DNA of 63,929 bases, filler included, from Vezdaea acicularis (Eukaryota): the NCBI GenBank assembly GCA_026025075.1. It is 3 parts of 3 records of this genome, joined end to end, with 100 filler letters (N's around TTAATTAATTAA, not from the genome) between each part and the next. Parts side by side here need not be neighbours in the genome. Positions count along the whole stretch, not along the records: positions 28,324 to 56,187 come from JAPEUI010000173.1; 2 more parts are not named here. One strand, given 5' to 3'. Both the position numbers and the translations under genes were made by a program. The notes below the pieces were generated by a model. It was not told where the DNA came from, searched no databases, and saw nothing but the letters and a program-made list of their open reading frames with translations. Positions 33,201-44,606 of this stretch are shown here, piece after piece (the first letter of the stretch is position 1; the number at the start of each line of letters is the position of its first letter).

Positions 33201-33675
33201 CGTCCTGCTGGAGGAGTTTATTCTTAAGCTCCTCAAGGCCTGCTTCTACTCTTCTCTGAACTTCGCCTTCAATATCTTTCCTTGTGGGTTCAGGATATGA
33301 TGGACTCCCACTGAGAGTATTTTGAAGCGAAGTGATTTTGTTGAGGGATTGAGCAAGCTGCCTGGTCAATTCTTTGTTGTTAAATTCGGCCAATTGGAGG
33401 TTCGCAGTTGCTTCCTTTCGAGCGCGCTCTCGTGCTTGCTTCCCTTTGTTCAAAGCCGCGCTGTGCTCTTTCTTCAACGCCTCTAGCTCGTCTTGATGCT
33501 TCGTATCGATCTTCCGAATCTGCTGTTGGAGCTCTCCACGCAACTCATCTATGTGTTCCTGATGAACTTTCAAAGCATTATCTAGGTGCATTTTGGCTTC
33601 CTTTTCCCTGCCGCTCATATTGCGTAGCTCCTGCTCGAGCCACTCTATCCGACTTGTCAACGCTTCTCTTTCCAT
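30283..33675 (-). CDS. Long coiled-coil protein with C-terminal hydrophobic segment(s), intronless
   Basis: 1130-aa ORF with E/K/Q/R/L heptad pattern for ~850 aa, then IYFDILPITLFCLGLL and TILLMAFHLLIYSLIYFVA hydrophobic stretches. Confidence 0.85.
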   Translation of the reverse strand: MEREALTSRIEWLEQELRNMSGREKEAKMHLDNALKVHQEHIDELRGELQQQIRKIDTKHQDELEALKKEHSAALNKGKQARERARKEATANLQLAEFNNKELTRQLAQSLNKITSLQNTLSGSPSYPEPTRKDIEGEVQRRVEAGLEELKNKLLQQDEDNKRAAEKKIYDKTRNEVSHFWAELYDKKLDALKATFEPQEEKYRKEIAECEKQVEVKRQENNILLLKSRQQQDQIESLRKSAKLIQRNFDNQQKSFFAQHEQLSIAERTLQEQQASMRAEAEAAFEARRLDWENDRQRLIGQNHELQVQVDQLREQNVTYDESFEELMSDYEQRASKAEKQLDAEKRQRSDDRERWQVQLNEANSIVQENLEQRESSERLARELEAILSTTTTQLQEEQQKRESERNWLQVQLNEARGNLQIALENQEVSKRSSEATEQELSATRLQLSNECDQLRDQLIEANQKLHEALERQESVKHTSEGEQKQYFEETEQLRSQLEKAKGQLQETVEKEESSKRSIEGLKLELSAAESRLEKERQQHDDEVGRLRSQLTESKANLQLSLEKVRTELSTTVLRLEEERERSNSLIAAIETMKEHKSSQGDQTHASEKEDYERKIQTLEADLAESILRTEEATESKDELTAQYDQVYKAFQMLVDEREEKESELDAANRLIEQKTADLNNFYRDLEKLRELNQKLKEENNNNISQAMANSKSLQGTIEAYEGDIELLKTQVADHQNIVKALRFDLEQQKNYAKSMKEQVEKSIRERDDLEKNKYMTTSQCEDMRARLRQMERTLEDQRKKTSTAEKLARDSKAALDARSRELQQLAGRLSEAIEERKELDRLRHLIPEMTATIDKYERYENSFVTPENSNIEIDEPHARGEAPRQRNLYQQLSDADPNLESSHGRCSPLEDSPDNTVTLNSGEVQQARETGLYDSSKHLVAVRAESALGEAASEANKKLSRETGNLKSSVLGLKSNVRSAVKQGSIVFDPKNGVSITEYAYEYNPLKWWSKIYFDILPITLFCLGLLQSKASSIFYKVRHRNSKVAPAPVRATILLMAFHLLIYSLIYFVASTYSEVRVERGLWRDANRNAQIWLQVLQNQTGEGTLTWTSRAWYNINRAMNADHRTWG

Positions 33676-33892
33676 CTTGAGGGTCTAGGAATGGAATTCT
33701 AGATGAATGGTTTTGGTTTATCGTAAGCTTGTAAGATCTCTGAAAGCTACAAGTAAATCAAGGGGGGAAATTTATGATGTGGAAGAGAGAAAAAGTGGGA
33801 GGTGTGGGTGGCTGGGAGGTCAATAGCAGTTTTGTGTTGTAAAGCTCAATAGCGCGATTGTGTTATGAATTTCCTATTGTCCGAGGATGCCG

Positions 33893-35215
33893 TCATGTGG
33901 CCAGAAGCCCTCTCAAGACCGCCCATCCACCCAAACTTCCAACAAGCCCAGCAAATACAACGCCGTTTCCCTTCCATGTCCAACCATAATACGCTGCAAT
34001 GCCAAACGCAATCTCTTGTTGCCTCGCCCAAGCCCTTTTGACCCTATAGTCTTTATCCAACGGGAACGGTTGAGCAAGCCGAATGTCCTCCGCGGCTTTA
34101 ATCGAGGCTGGTTCCGGTATTGCCATGAAAGGAATAGATAATGAGAGTGCGACCGGTCGGTGATCCGAGGTTGGCATTAAGGGAAGGGCGTGATACGGAC
34201 CCAAGTGCATTCCTGAGGTCTTCTGAGGCATCCATGATGGGAGTGGACGATATAGAATACGGTCACACCAACTTGGCCACCGTTGCGGAGCCCAATGCCA
34301 CGTCTTGTCGTCTGGTTCAGACATTGAGGAGTATTTGTAGGTGGGAGGGAAGTTTATTTCCTTTTCACATAGCCCGTGGAGAGTACGGCCTGCGTTTTTC
34401 TCTAGATTCAGCTGGTCGTTGGGCAGAATTTGAGAGTAATGTTGCGGTTCATCTGGGAGAGCGGTAGGTTGCGGAAATAAGGGCAAATCGGCAGTGGTAG
34501 GAGCTGTGGAAGAGGTACGATAGTTGAGGTCTCCGGCGAGAAATAGGTGAGACGTAGAGGTATATATCCCTGATAGCTCTGACGAGCCAGACCCGTGTTC
34601 GGCAGGGAGCAGCTCGGCTTCGTCGATATTGGAGAAAGAGTCTAGATTAAACCTTGAATCTGTACTTGGCTGGAAGACAAGTCCCCGCACAATGTTCTCC
34701 CAATCTGCATTCCTGCGCTCACAAGCATCCTCCCCGTGTGCCAGGTGTGCACCTACGAACGTGAGCAACAATAAATCTCCTTTTACAGATATGCCAAGGC
34801 GAACGGCAACAGCTCCTTTATTTCCCATACTGTTCCAACCGACTCCTATGGCCGCATCCTCGATACCTTTTACGTCTTGCAATATCCTTGAATGTACGAA
34901 GACCATAAGAGCCGTCATTCCTACATTCCTCGTGATCTGATGCACATAAACGTTTTGACCATCTCCTTGTGAGACTGCATGTTGACTGGCGGCAAGTGCG
35001 ACACTCTGATAGATGGCTGCGGTATAAGGCGCCAACCAGCTGCCACCGACGAACGATTCGGGAATTGGAGCGACTTCTTGGAGGGATATCACTAAAATAG
35101 ATGGGAGGGTCGATGAAGATGGTAATGCCGAAAACATCTCTGGGGCAAAAACTGCAGGATCGACAGCTTCACGACCACAATTGAAGGTCAAGATGTATAG
35201 ACTGAGGTTGTCCAT
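33893..35215 (-). CDS. Inositol polyphosphate 5-phosphatase, tail-anchored Inp54-like
   Basis: ILTFNCG, ISLQE, MGNKGAV, FVGAHLA, FLAGDLNYR, FPPTYKY, WPSWCDRILY and SDHRPV motifs, with a hydrophobic C-terminal tail. Confidence 0.9.
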   Translation of the reverse strand: MDNLSLYILTFNCGREAVDPAVFAPEMFSALPSSSTLPSILVISLQEVAPIPESFVGGSWLAPYTAAIYQSVALAASQHAVSQGDGQNVYVHQITRNVGMTALMVFVHSRILQDVKGIEDAAIGVGWNSMGNKGAVAVRLGISVKGDLLLLTFVGAHLAHGEDACERRNADWENIVRGLVFQPSTDSRFNLDSFSNIDEAELLPAEHGSGSSELSGIYTSTSHLFLAGDLNYRTSSTAPTTADLPLFPQPTALPDEPQHYSQILPNDQLNLEKNAGRTLHGLCEKEINFPPTYKYSSMSEPDDKTWHWAPQRWPSWCDRILYRPLPSWMPQKTSGMHLGPYHALPLMPTSDHRPVALSLSIPFMAIPEPASIKAAEDIRLAQPFPLDKDYRVKRAWARQQEIAFGIAAYYGWTWKGNGVVFAGLVGSLGGWAVLRGLLAT

Positions 35216-36816
35216 AGTCAATGTGAGAATAAGGATACAAGTCTTAAAAGGTTTCCTTTAGGAGATATGGACTGCAGTCTTGTCGTTGATTAGATATTAC
35301 TCTAGCCGATGTGCTCTGTAGTCAGTGGTCAAGACCCCTCTGCTGGATTTTGCGAAAAGAGCTGGTTAATCAATTATTGATCGGTTACATCTATGAATTG
35401 TTCAGCCTTCCTAACAGTAGCTGAGTAAGGTCTTTAGTGGGAGCTATGATTATTGGTGGAATGCACGGGTAGCTTCTTGTGAGGCATGTGAACCCCTTTT
35501 AGTTAGGTATGTCTCTTCCGCCACGAGGTGACGGAACAACGATGAGTAACACCCCGGGTACTGCTGTAGCCCGAACCCTTGTCAAACTGATTTACTGAGA
35601 CGTGCGTGGCGAAGAGCTTGAGCATTGCCCCAATTGCTTCTCCAAACGCGCTCTCCAACCAAGCAAGGCCAGAAAATCACGAAGAACTCACTCGCGGAAG
35701 CTTGAGCGCGACTCTATCTTCCGATTGCGGGCATGCTCTTAATCATACCCCTGATCACAGCCGCGCGATCCCCGAAAACAGCGCGTAGGACGTCAGGCAA
35801 CCGCCCATCATGGTTGTGATTAGAACATCCAGCTGCGTCTGATCCGAAACAAGCGCGCCACCAAGCCCTTGTCAACGATCCATCGTAAACACGATCTGCT
35901 TACGATCGCCCCTGTCTGGGGTTCAGCCATCGGGTGCACGAGCCACACCGCTCACCCCGACAACGACCCACTCGCGATCTCAATCTTGTCCCGCACGGAG
36001 CACTCTTCTTCCACGGCCACCGACGGACTCGATCCGTATGTGGGGACCTGAGGCGCTGTTTGTGTGCGCCTTCAGAGGGATCGAAAGATGGTACGTTCTT
36101 TTCCTGACGTAAGGGTCCACTTTTTTCCTTCAATTTGGTGAGTATTCATTAGATTTCAATTGTCATGATTGAGATCATCGACTCGAGGATGTTAGACTCT
36201 TGGATCATTATAGCGCTCGCAACAATGCTGGGGATTTGTTGGCAAGACGGTTGGCTCTGGTGGTAGCTATTTTTCGCGATCTGGCTTGCATTCAGTACCC
36301 TTTTCAGAAAATCCTTTGAATTCAAAAATTTCATTCTATCTTAAGTGAGAGGTTATGGCTGTTGATAGATATACATGATTGTGAGAGATGTTGTAAAAGA
36401 AGGAATTGACTGAGCACACTCTATGTGAACATCTCCAAACGACTCGCAGCAAAGGTAGCCGCGGCCTATAGAAGCCCGAAACTCGCGCAACGTCATAGAA
36501 AGTCCGATGGCTCCTTGCCAACAACAGTTGATTCGTATCACCAAAACTCCGAGCTCGATTCGATCAAAGTGTCGAAGAGGCAATAGCTAAACCACCCTCC
36601 AAAATGTATAACGCCGATGAGGACATCCAGGTCAACTCAGAGGCTACTTAATGCAAGAAAGGCTATGCCAACGAAGGACGAGAAAGACACGTTCATGAAA
36701 CGTATGCCAACAAGAGGAGTAAATAATGTACGAGGAACTATAGTCTTTATTAGCTGAGTGGTCTTGAGTTTTCAGAGTACGGTCGCACATACATCAATCT
36801 TCGATGAGGACAAAGA

Positions 36817-37471
36817 TTATTCTTCAGGCTTTGAGCCATCATGCATGCGTGGTCTTAGCCAATCATCTGGCGTTTCTGGACATGCAATGTCTAGGTTTTC
36901 TATTGATATCGTGAGCCGAGTAAAGTGCGGGAGGAAGGATGATCTGCTTACCATTTTCATTATGGCACTTGCCATCAATACAGACAGAACAGATGCCACC
37001 TGAGCATGTGACGCTCGAGAATTCTCCGCCCTCAGCTGTAACGCCATTTGTACAAGGACTTCTGGCTCTTAATTTCTTGCCTGATGAGATTGAATTGTCT
37101 CCGTCCATGTTTCCAGTAGGCGTGTCCCCCAAATCGTTCACAGCACTCTGGAATTGATCAAGTAAGGTCCATCTTTTTCTCTTGCCTGAACCACCAGTGG
37201 TCGACTCCGAATCGCCTAGCCCATTTACTGCAGCATCGAACTGTTCTACTAAGGTCCATCGTTTGGCAAGCTCATTGACATCGCTCTTGAAGGCTCCATT
37301 ATCACCACTTTCGTTCGGTGGGATAGGACTCATGTTGTTGATACCAATTGCCCATGGAGAGCGTGCCTCAAGGTTCTTGAGGAGTTTGATAGTGCTTGAT
37401 ACTGGGAAGGCCAAGGAAGGGTCAACGAGTAATAGCGGGACAATGACCGCAGTAATGGAGAGACGACGCAT
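36817..37471 (-). CDS. Secreted Kex2-processed repeat precursor with C-terminal 6-Cys domain; join(37471..36952, 36899..36817), 200 aa
   Basis: Signal-peptide-like MRRLSITAVIVPLLLVDPSLA, then LEAR, KR, KRKR and LRAR sites and two WTLxxQFxxAVNxLGD repeats. A 52-nt intron (GTAAGC...GCTCAC...ATAG, 36951-36900) joins to ENLDIACPETPDDWLRPRMHDGSKPEE*. TATAAA ~150 bp upstream. Confidence 0.78.
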
Positions 37472-38862
37472 GTTTATGATATCTCTTGACGAAGGATAGG
37501 AGGAATGTTTAGATGGTGAAGCTACCGGAGTTTCACGACCTTAAAGATATTGTAGATAAGAGTATGGAGTGGCTGAGTATGTTGAAAGAGGGAGGAAAAC
37601 CTTTGTGGGGAGGAGCTTGGGTTTATAGACTCAAATATGGTTGAAGCTAACGACTCGTCGGGCCGGATTAGTCGTGAGTCCCGAGGCGCGACGAACCATA
37701 ACCTTGTCTTACTGTGTCTTGTGATTGTAGGCTATGCTGAGGCGACTGCGGGCATGTTTACCTTCGTGTGGCGGCTCTCGGCAGAGGTCACGATTGCAGG
37801 TATTGGCGCGGATCATCCTTGAAGGATTCGGGAGATCGACCGTGCACGACATGGGGGTCACTGGAGACCACCACATCTCGATCATACCCACATGGCGATT
37901 TGTAGCCAAGGTCAAGGCAGCTATTGGCTCCGCAATTCGCATCTCCACGATCCGGGGGCGTGTCAGAGTGGACACCAGGGCTGAGACCAGCTAGTGGCCG
38001 GTCAACGTGGTCGATGCGGGTTTCGTCCGCGGGGGAGGATTGGTTTGGCATTGAGACAAGGCACTGGCGCACCTCTCATTGGGAGGGTAGTAATCCTTGG
38101 AGGGTGCACTGTCTGAGTAGAGGAGAGCCGATTGGGTCTCAAGGTCTTAGTCGCAAGAAGCCTATTATAGTCGCAAGAGCAGACTATATGTTCAGATGCG
38201 CGAGCACTTTTGATCGGCGATTCGATCAGCTTCTACTTCGCTGACACTGCCGCAAACCGCGCTTAATTGATGCTTGCGCCTCGGAGCAGTAGCAGAAGGA
38301 TTGTAGCAACGTACTACCATCGCTGGTTCCGAGGTCGTATTCCACGTGGCCCTAATTGTGCAGGCATAACATGCCCACGTGGCTCCGTATTAAGGTTCAT
38401 TCTCTCCATGTCAGCCTTAAGGCTAGAGTAAGAAGAGCGTATCTTTCCTTCCTAGGAAGTCAGAACCCATTTTCTGAAACTTTGGACAGCCGAATACCGA
38501 TCTGGCAGCTTGCCGTCAGATGGCCTCCATGAATGAACTAGACCGAGGCTTTGGAGGCGTCGGTCATGGCTTCGCTGAGCCAAGCCATGGAATCTTACGA
38601 CACCTCAAACACCCTCTTATCACACGATCCCATGCCATGCTGACAAACGGAAGGAAGCTCATCGCATGATCGCCTTTGAGTCACCCACAAACGGGTGACG
38701 AGGGGCTTCCACGTTGTGTTCGTGGGTTTTGTTTTGACTCTTCAGACACGAGGTTCGAGCGGTTCCCCCATTAAGAGCGATGAGAAGGGAGAAAACTAAG
38801 ATGCTGAAGAATGATTTAATTATGATTCAGACCTATGGCATGATATCCAACGTGTTGGAAGT

Positions 38863-40543
38863 TTAGAAATCGTCAAACGCATCATCGTAGAGCTCGCGTT
38901 GCTCGCTAGTGTATTCATCCCTTTCAGCAGGCTCAGGCTCGTACTCATCGAAGTGTTTTGTGTCGGCAGGATGCGATAACTGTGGAATAATGGGACCCTT
39001 TATTTTCCTATAGTAAATTGCCTCCCAATTGATCCCACGAAAAAACGGATGCTCCTTTACGCGTTGTGCGCCTCCAGACATGTTTCCCAATCTCTTAGTC
39101 CGATCACGTGTACAAAGGCCTGATATGATTTTTTCCGCATCTGGTGGCATACCTTTTGGAAATTGTATCGGTTCTTTGACAATCCTGCAAAATTCAGCTG
39201 TCAATCTTCAGTATCTGTTCATATTCGGCGTACTTCTCGTAGATCTTTATTGGGTTCTGATCCCAGAATGGTGGGTAGCCGCAAATGAACTCATAGATAA
39301 GGACGCCAAAAGCCCACCAATCGACGGCAAGAGTATGCCCTAATTCAAAGAATCAGCTCTGTTTAGGAAATCCTATAGCCATATCGGTTCATGATAATCA
39401 ACAGACCCCGAAGACGGAGGGCCTAAGATATTGACAGACCTTTACTCTGGATAACCTAGTGCAAAGTTAATAATTTCTTGGGACAAGAAAACCTCGAACA
39501 TGATCGGAGCACATGCCTCTGGGCTAAGGTATTCGGGCGTGCCACACAGTGTGTATGTTTCCACTTAGCACAGTCAACAGCAGTTCATAGAGCAACGCCT
39601 TAGCCACTTACTATTTCCAATTTTCTTGGCAAATCCGAAATCCACCAATCTGATGTGGCCTTCCGCGTCTATTAGAAGGTTCTCAGGCTTCAGATCTCTA
39701 TAAGCTACACCTCTGCTATCATGTAAGAACTCTAATATGAGTAGTATCTCGGCTGCATAGAACTGCGCAGTGCGTAAATCAAAGCGTTTGCTTTTTCGGA
39801 GTTGAGTAAAAACTTCACCACCAGGACAATAATCCAACTAGAACTTGTCAGTAACCGCGAGTTGATCTTTTCGGAGCCTTTTCAAACTATACCAACATGT
39901 AAAGTGAATCGCGATCTGAAAAACTAGCAATCATTGTAGTGATGAACGGATGACCGGCAACGGAAGCTAGGACCTCCCTCTCACTCCGCACATGATCTAC
40001 CTGCTTCAGTCGAACGACTAGAGAAGTATGAGCCTGAATCAAAGCCCCTATGTCTCAAAGTCTAGACTTGAAAACACAAGTGATGTCTCAAACTAGCTTA
40101 AGGATAGAACTTTTTCAAGGTCATGGAGAAGGAAGCTCCTTAGTGTGGTAGCTTACCATCGGCTTTCCTTAAGATTTTGAGTGCAAAGAGTTTGTCCCGA
40201 TCTTCCTGTCGTGGTTTGGCTAATCGCACGAGCCAAACCCGGGCAAACGTTCCTGAAAGGTTCGCATTAATTAGCAACTAGAGTCAAAAGAGGCTCAGAC
40301 AAACAAGACTAGTATAGTCGCTATAAAGAGTTTACATGATGGGTCAAGGAGAGATCACTAGGAGTAGAATTGTGTCAGGTTCATACCTGTACCCAAGGTC
40401 TTTACGAGCTCAAAGTCTTCAATCCTCAAATGCTTCGAGGATGATCCCATTGTCACTATATCATGATCTTGTGGGTTTCCCTGCATTCGCTGACAATGAG
40501 GGGCATGAGCTACGAAGTCCTTTTCGTGCTGCCTTGCCGACAT
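38863..40543 (-). CDS. cAMP-dependent protein kinase catalytic subunit, secondary (PkaB/PKAC2-type), multi-exon; start uncertain
   Basis: [51 protein letters not shown] and VDWWAFG, with an AGC C-terminus ending DAFDDF. Confidence 0.9.
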
Positions 40544-41167
40544 GGTTACCCCAACGAACACTGGGCGGTATGTAATGAAGCTATTGCTTGGAGTGAAGAC
40601 GTGGCCATCTCATATCAAACTCATCATGATAACACAGGCGTGAAGGCATTTACAGACAAAGGTTCTCTTTGCCGATGACTTTGCCAATGCCAAAATGGAT
40701 ACGAGGCAGCGCCCCTGCTAATTAGGCTGAGAAGTGGGGGTCGCAGGGCTAAGTTAATTAAAGCGGGAGATCAGATATGACGTTGGTGGGGGGCCAACGA
40801 ACCACTGCCTCGACAGCGTTCTTATCACAGGAGGTAACTTTGCCAGTAATAAGTGCAATGATCGAAATTATAAGCTATATGTAAGTTCTTCATTGTACAT
40901 GCTCGCCTATTTAGAAGTCCAGAGAATTCCAGATCTGGTTGCGACACTTCTCAATTCAGGGCATTTACTGTTACAGCTTAGTCATACAGGCCTTGAATGG
41001 TTCGGGCTTAGCGGTCTTCACGAGCAATTTTTGTGGGGGAAATGGTGGGGAACGGACCTGGCATGCCTGGCACGCCCGACAATAGCCGAACTGTTCGTCA
41101 AACTATTGCTCGTTAATGACCGAATTCTCTATACTTAGGCTGGCTACATGTTCGACCAAAGCCCAAG

Positions 41168-43638
41168 ATGCGGCGAGCCTTTCGCTCGAAACTATGGGCC
41201 TATAGCATACCATTGAAGCGTCGTTGCCAACGTGGAATTTCAACAGCGTCGTACTCCAAGGGCTCTAATGAAGTATGTTGGTCAACATCCACGAAGAAGC
41301 ATTACTGAACAAGTCAGCCCCCAATACTGGAACAGACAATTGGCGAACATTTTGCTTCCATCGTATCCAAGCACGGCGACCGCTGCGCGTATGAGACCTC
41401 CACGAAGAACGAGCCCTGGCTACAGAAAAATTGACTTTGAAGCAAAGGGTAATTTCGCGGCACCAAAACAAACGCTATACGTATAGGGAGCTCGACCAGG
41501 TTTCCAATTCACTTGCGTATGGAATGATTAGCACTGGTGTGAGAAAAGGGGATAGGGTTGCAGTTTTTTTGGGCAACAATATTGAATATGCAACTGTATA
41601 TCAAGGAGATCCTATTGCAGTCTAAGAACGAGCTAATAATATGAAGATTACGTATGCTGTTTTCAAACTTGGAGCAATCCTTGTAAGCTTGTCCGAAAGA
41701 GTATGCACGAGCTGAGCTTGATGAACGAAGGTACCTTTGAATCCGGCTTTCAATGCCTTTCAAGTGCAATCAGCCTTGAATCACTTGGGGGCCTCACACT
41801 TGATCATATCAAGCGAGACCAATCTCTCACGCAAGGAACCCCGGTCAAACATACCTCTTCTTCAAGAGATTGTTCCAGATCTTTCACGCTCTTACCTCGA
41901 ATCCGAGCTAGTTCCTTCATTGAAACAAGTCATTCTTGTAGATAACTCCAACGGACGTGTAGACGTCTCCGCTATACGATTGGCAGCAGTATACGAGAGT
42001 GTACTGGAGGATGGTGGCTTGCAAAGAGAAACTCCGAAAGTTGATCTGAACCCTAATGATACTATCAACATTCAGTTCACCTCTGGAACCACCGCAATGC
42101 CTAAAGCCGCTTGTCTCTCGCATAGGTCAATTCTAAACAATGGCAAGAGTATCGGTGACAGGATGCTCTTGACTTCTACAGACATTGTTTGCTGTCCCCC
42201 ACCCTTGTTCCAGTAAGTGGCGCAAGCTTAGGAGTGCATAGAGACAACAGATGGCTCATATTGTCGTAGCTGCTTTGGATCTGTCCTTGGTTATATGGCG
42301 ACGGCTACGCATGGTAAGTATCCTTCCAAAATATCATTGAACACCGGCTTCCAGAGTCTCACCATCCCTAGGCGCATCAATAGTTTTTCCAACCGAAGCT
42401 TTCGATCCTAAGGCAGCCCTTCAAGCCGTCCAAGAGGAGCGCTGCACTGCACTATATGGTGTTCCGACCATGTTTCTAGCAGAACTAGAGCTACTCAAGC
42501 GTGGTGATGTAAAGTATGAGGGCTTTCAGCACCTCCGAACGGGTATCGCAGCCGGGTCGAGTGTTCCGGCAGAGCTTATGCGTAAACTCCATCAAACCTT
42601 GAATTTGACCCAATTAAGTAGGTGTTGTTCTGGGGGGTTCATAGAATGAGGAGAGTAATCAATGATAACTGGCTCACAGCAATCTGCTACGGCATGACTG
42701 AGACATCTCCCGTCTCAGCTATGACAACGACGGATGACCCAATCGAGAAGCGAATAGACAGTGTTGGGCGCCTACTGCCGCACGTAGAGTAAGCCATGTC
42801 ACCCCTGCTTCGGGCTCCATCATAATGCTAATGCCTTCAGAGCAAAGATCGTGAGCCCTTTGGACCATTCCAAAGTGCTTCCATTAGGGGAAAGGGGAGA
42901 ACTCGCAGTCAGTGGCTATTTGCTGATGAAAGAGTATTGGAACGATCCAGAGCACACCGCCGAAGCTATGATCCCTGATAGGGATGGAAAAGTCTGGATG
43001 CATGTAAGTCATAACCGGTCTCTTATCATCTTGATTCCTTTGTTTGCCATACTACGTCTGGAGAAACGTCGTAGAGCTGCGAATCGGCCGATGAATGGTG
43101 CCCCTTTATGCTATGAACCTTTTAATTGCCTTCACATCCAATCTAGACGTTGTAAAATCACTGACATTGCGGATACTTCAGACCGGGGACGAAGCTTCCA
43201 TAGACGCAGAAGGTTATATAAAAATTACTGGTCGAATCAAGGATCTGATAATTCGAGGTGGAGAGAATATTGCGCCTCTTGAGGTAGAGTCTTGTCTACT
43301 AAGCTACCCCAATGTCGCGGAAGTCAGTGTAGTTGGTGTCCCAGACGAGCGATATGGCGAAGCTGTTGCTGCATTTGTGGTTAAAGGGGGAGAAGTCTCA
43401 GTCGATGAGGTTAAAGGGTGGGTGAGACAGAAATTGAGCAGACAGCTAGGTCAGATCCTGAGTCCTTGCATGCTGTGGACCGCGTGGGCGAATTGACTTT
43501 TACTGATTAGTCGATGCAGTGCCAAAGTATGTATTGTGGATCCAAGAGGAAGATATACCCAAGACCACAAGTGGAAAGATCCAGAAATTCAAACTAAGAG
43601 AACTGGCCGTTGCTAAGATTAGAGAAATGAACGACTAG
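41168..43638 (+). CDS. AMP-binding acyl-CoA synthetase (ACSF2-like), probable mitochondrial presequence, ~12 introns
   Basis: Arg-rich [19 protein letters not shown] start. Motifs [37 protein letters not shown] and [13 protein letters not shown]. Confidence 0.88.
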
Positions 43639-44606
43639 TGTGCTGGATCATACGGAGGTACAGGCCGTAAAGAATGTTAGCACGGGCAGGGGGGAACTCA
43701 CGCACTAAACGAAATAGTGCGGAGGTAATTGGTTGGTGCATGGGTTCCTCCCTGCCCATGCTAACAATCTTTACGCCCTGTACCTCCGTAGAGACCCTAG
43801 AGCAATCTAATCATACTGAGATATATGATGTGCTGATGATAATTATGAACCATCCTTAACAGATTCCCCGGAACTTTCATTGCGGTCCAGCCTAGTGTAG
43901 ATTCATTTCTCTATGTCAGAACCCCCTTGTCGGCTTCTCGTGTTATCCGGCATAGTAAGTACTGAGCTGAAGAACAATCATGGTATTCTTTCTTTTCGTG
44001 ATGCGCCCAGTGGCTTTCCACACTACGCATATCTAAGTCCCTCTCAAATGACTCAATGGTGCAATTGACCACGTTAGGGATGACTAATGATTTTCTATGG
44101 TAGCTTGGGATACGAGACAGAGCCTAGCTGAGTTGCCTGTAATAGCCCCGCAGTTGGGCTATAAGTTCAAGCACTGGCGTGTGAGCTCAGTCGACTGGGC
44201 TTAGATATGCTACAAAACCTAGAATCAGAGTTAGAAAACCGAGGATGCTAGAAGTGAGTATCTTCGGACGTCGCGGACGTTGCAAAACAGAGAGATATCT
44301 CAGTCAAGCCAGGATGAACTTTGAAACTCCACGGTCCAGGGCAAGCCCAGTGTTCAACGGAACCTCATGGGTTTGAACTTGGTCATGCTGATGCGTTAGA
44401 CAACCGCACTTCATTTTATAATAGACCGAATTCGTTTTTGATCATTAAGTATGGGATATTAGGGTTAATCGAAAGCAAAAACCACAGTCCAACAACGCTT
44501 CGTCGAAAATTTCTAGTGAACACTGATCCCACTCAAAGCAGCAGCCATGACAGTAAGGTATTGATGATAGGCGGGGCGTTGAGAACGGCGATGACTGAGT
44601 TTACCA

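Noticed and set aside
35550..36600. Short ORFs between the 5-phosphatase and the secreted precursor (also 37637-38244)
   Set aside because: No motifs, no consistent exon chain and no DUF3328/tyrosinase-like signature, so no RiPP cluster is claimed.
38343..38382. Two CCACGTGGC sites 33 bp apart, ~900 bp upstream of the secreted precursor
   Set aside because: Only two sites, and spacing differs from the 20-21-bp array; insufficient to call.
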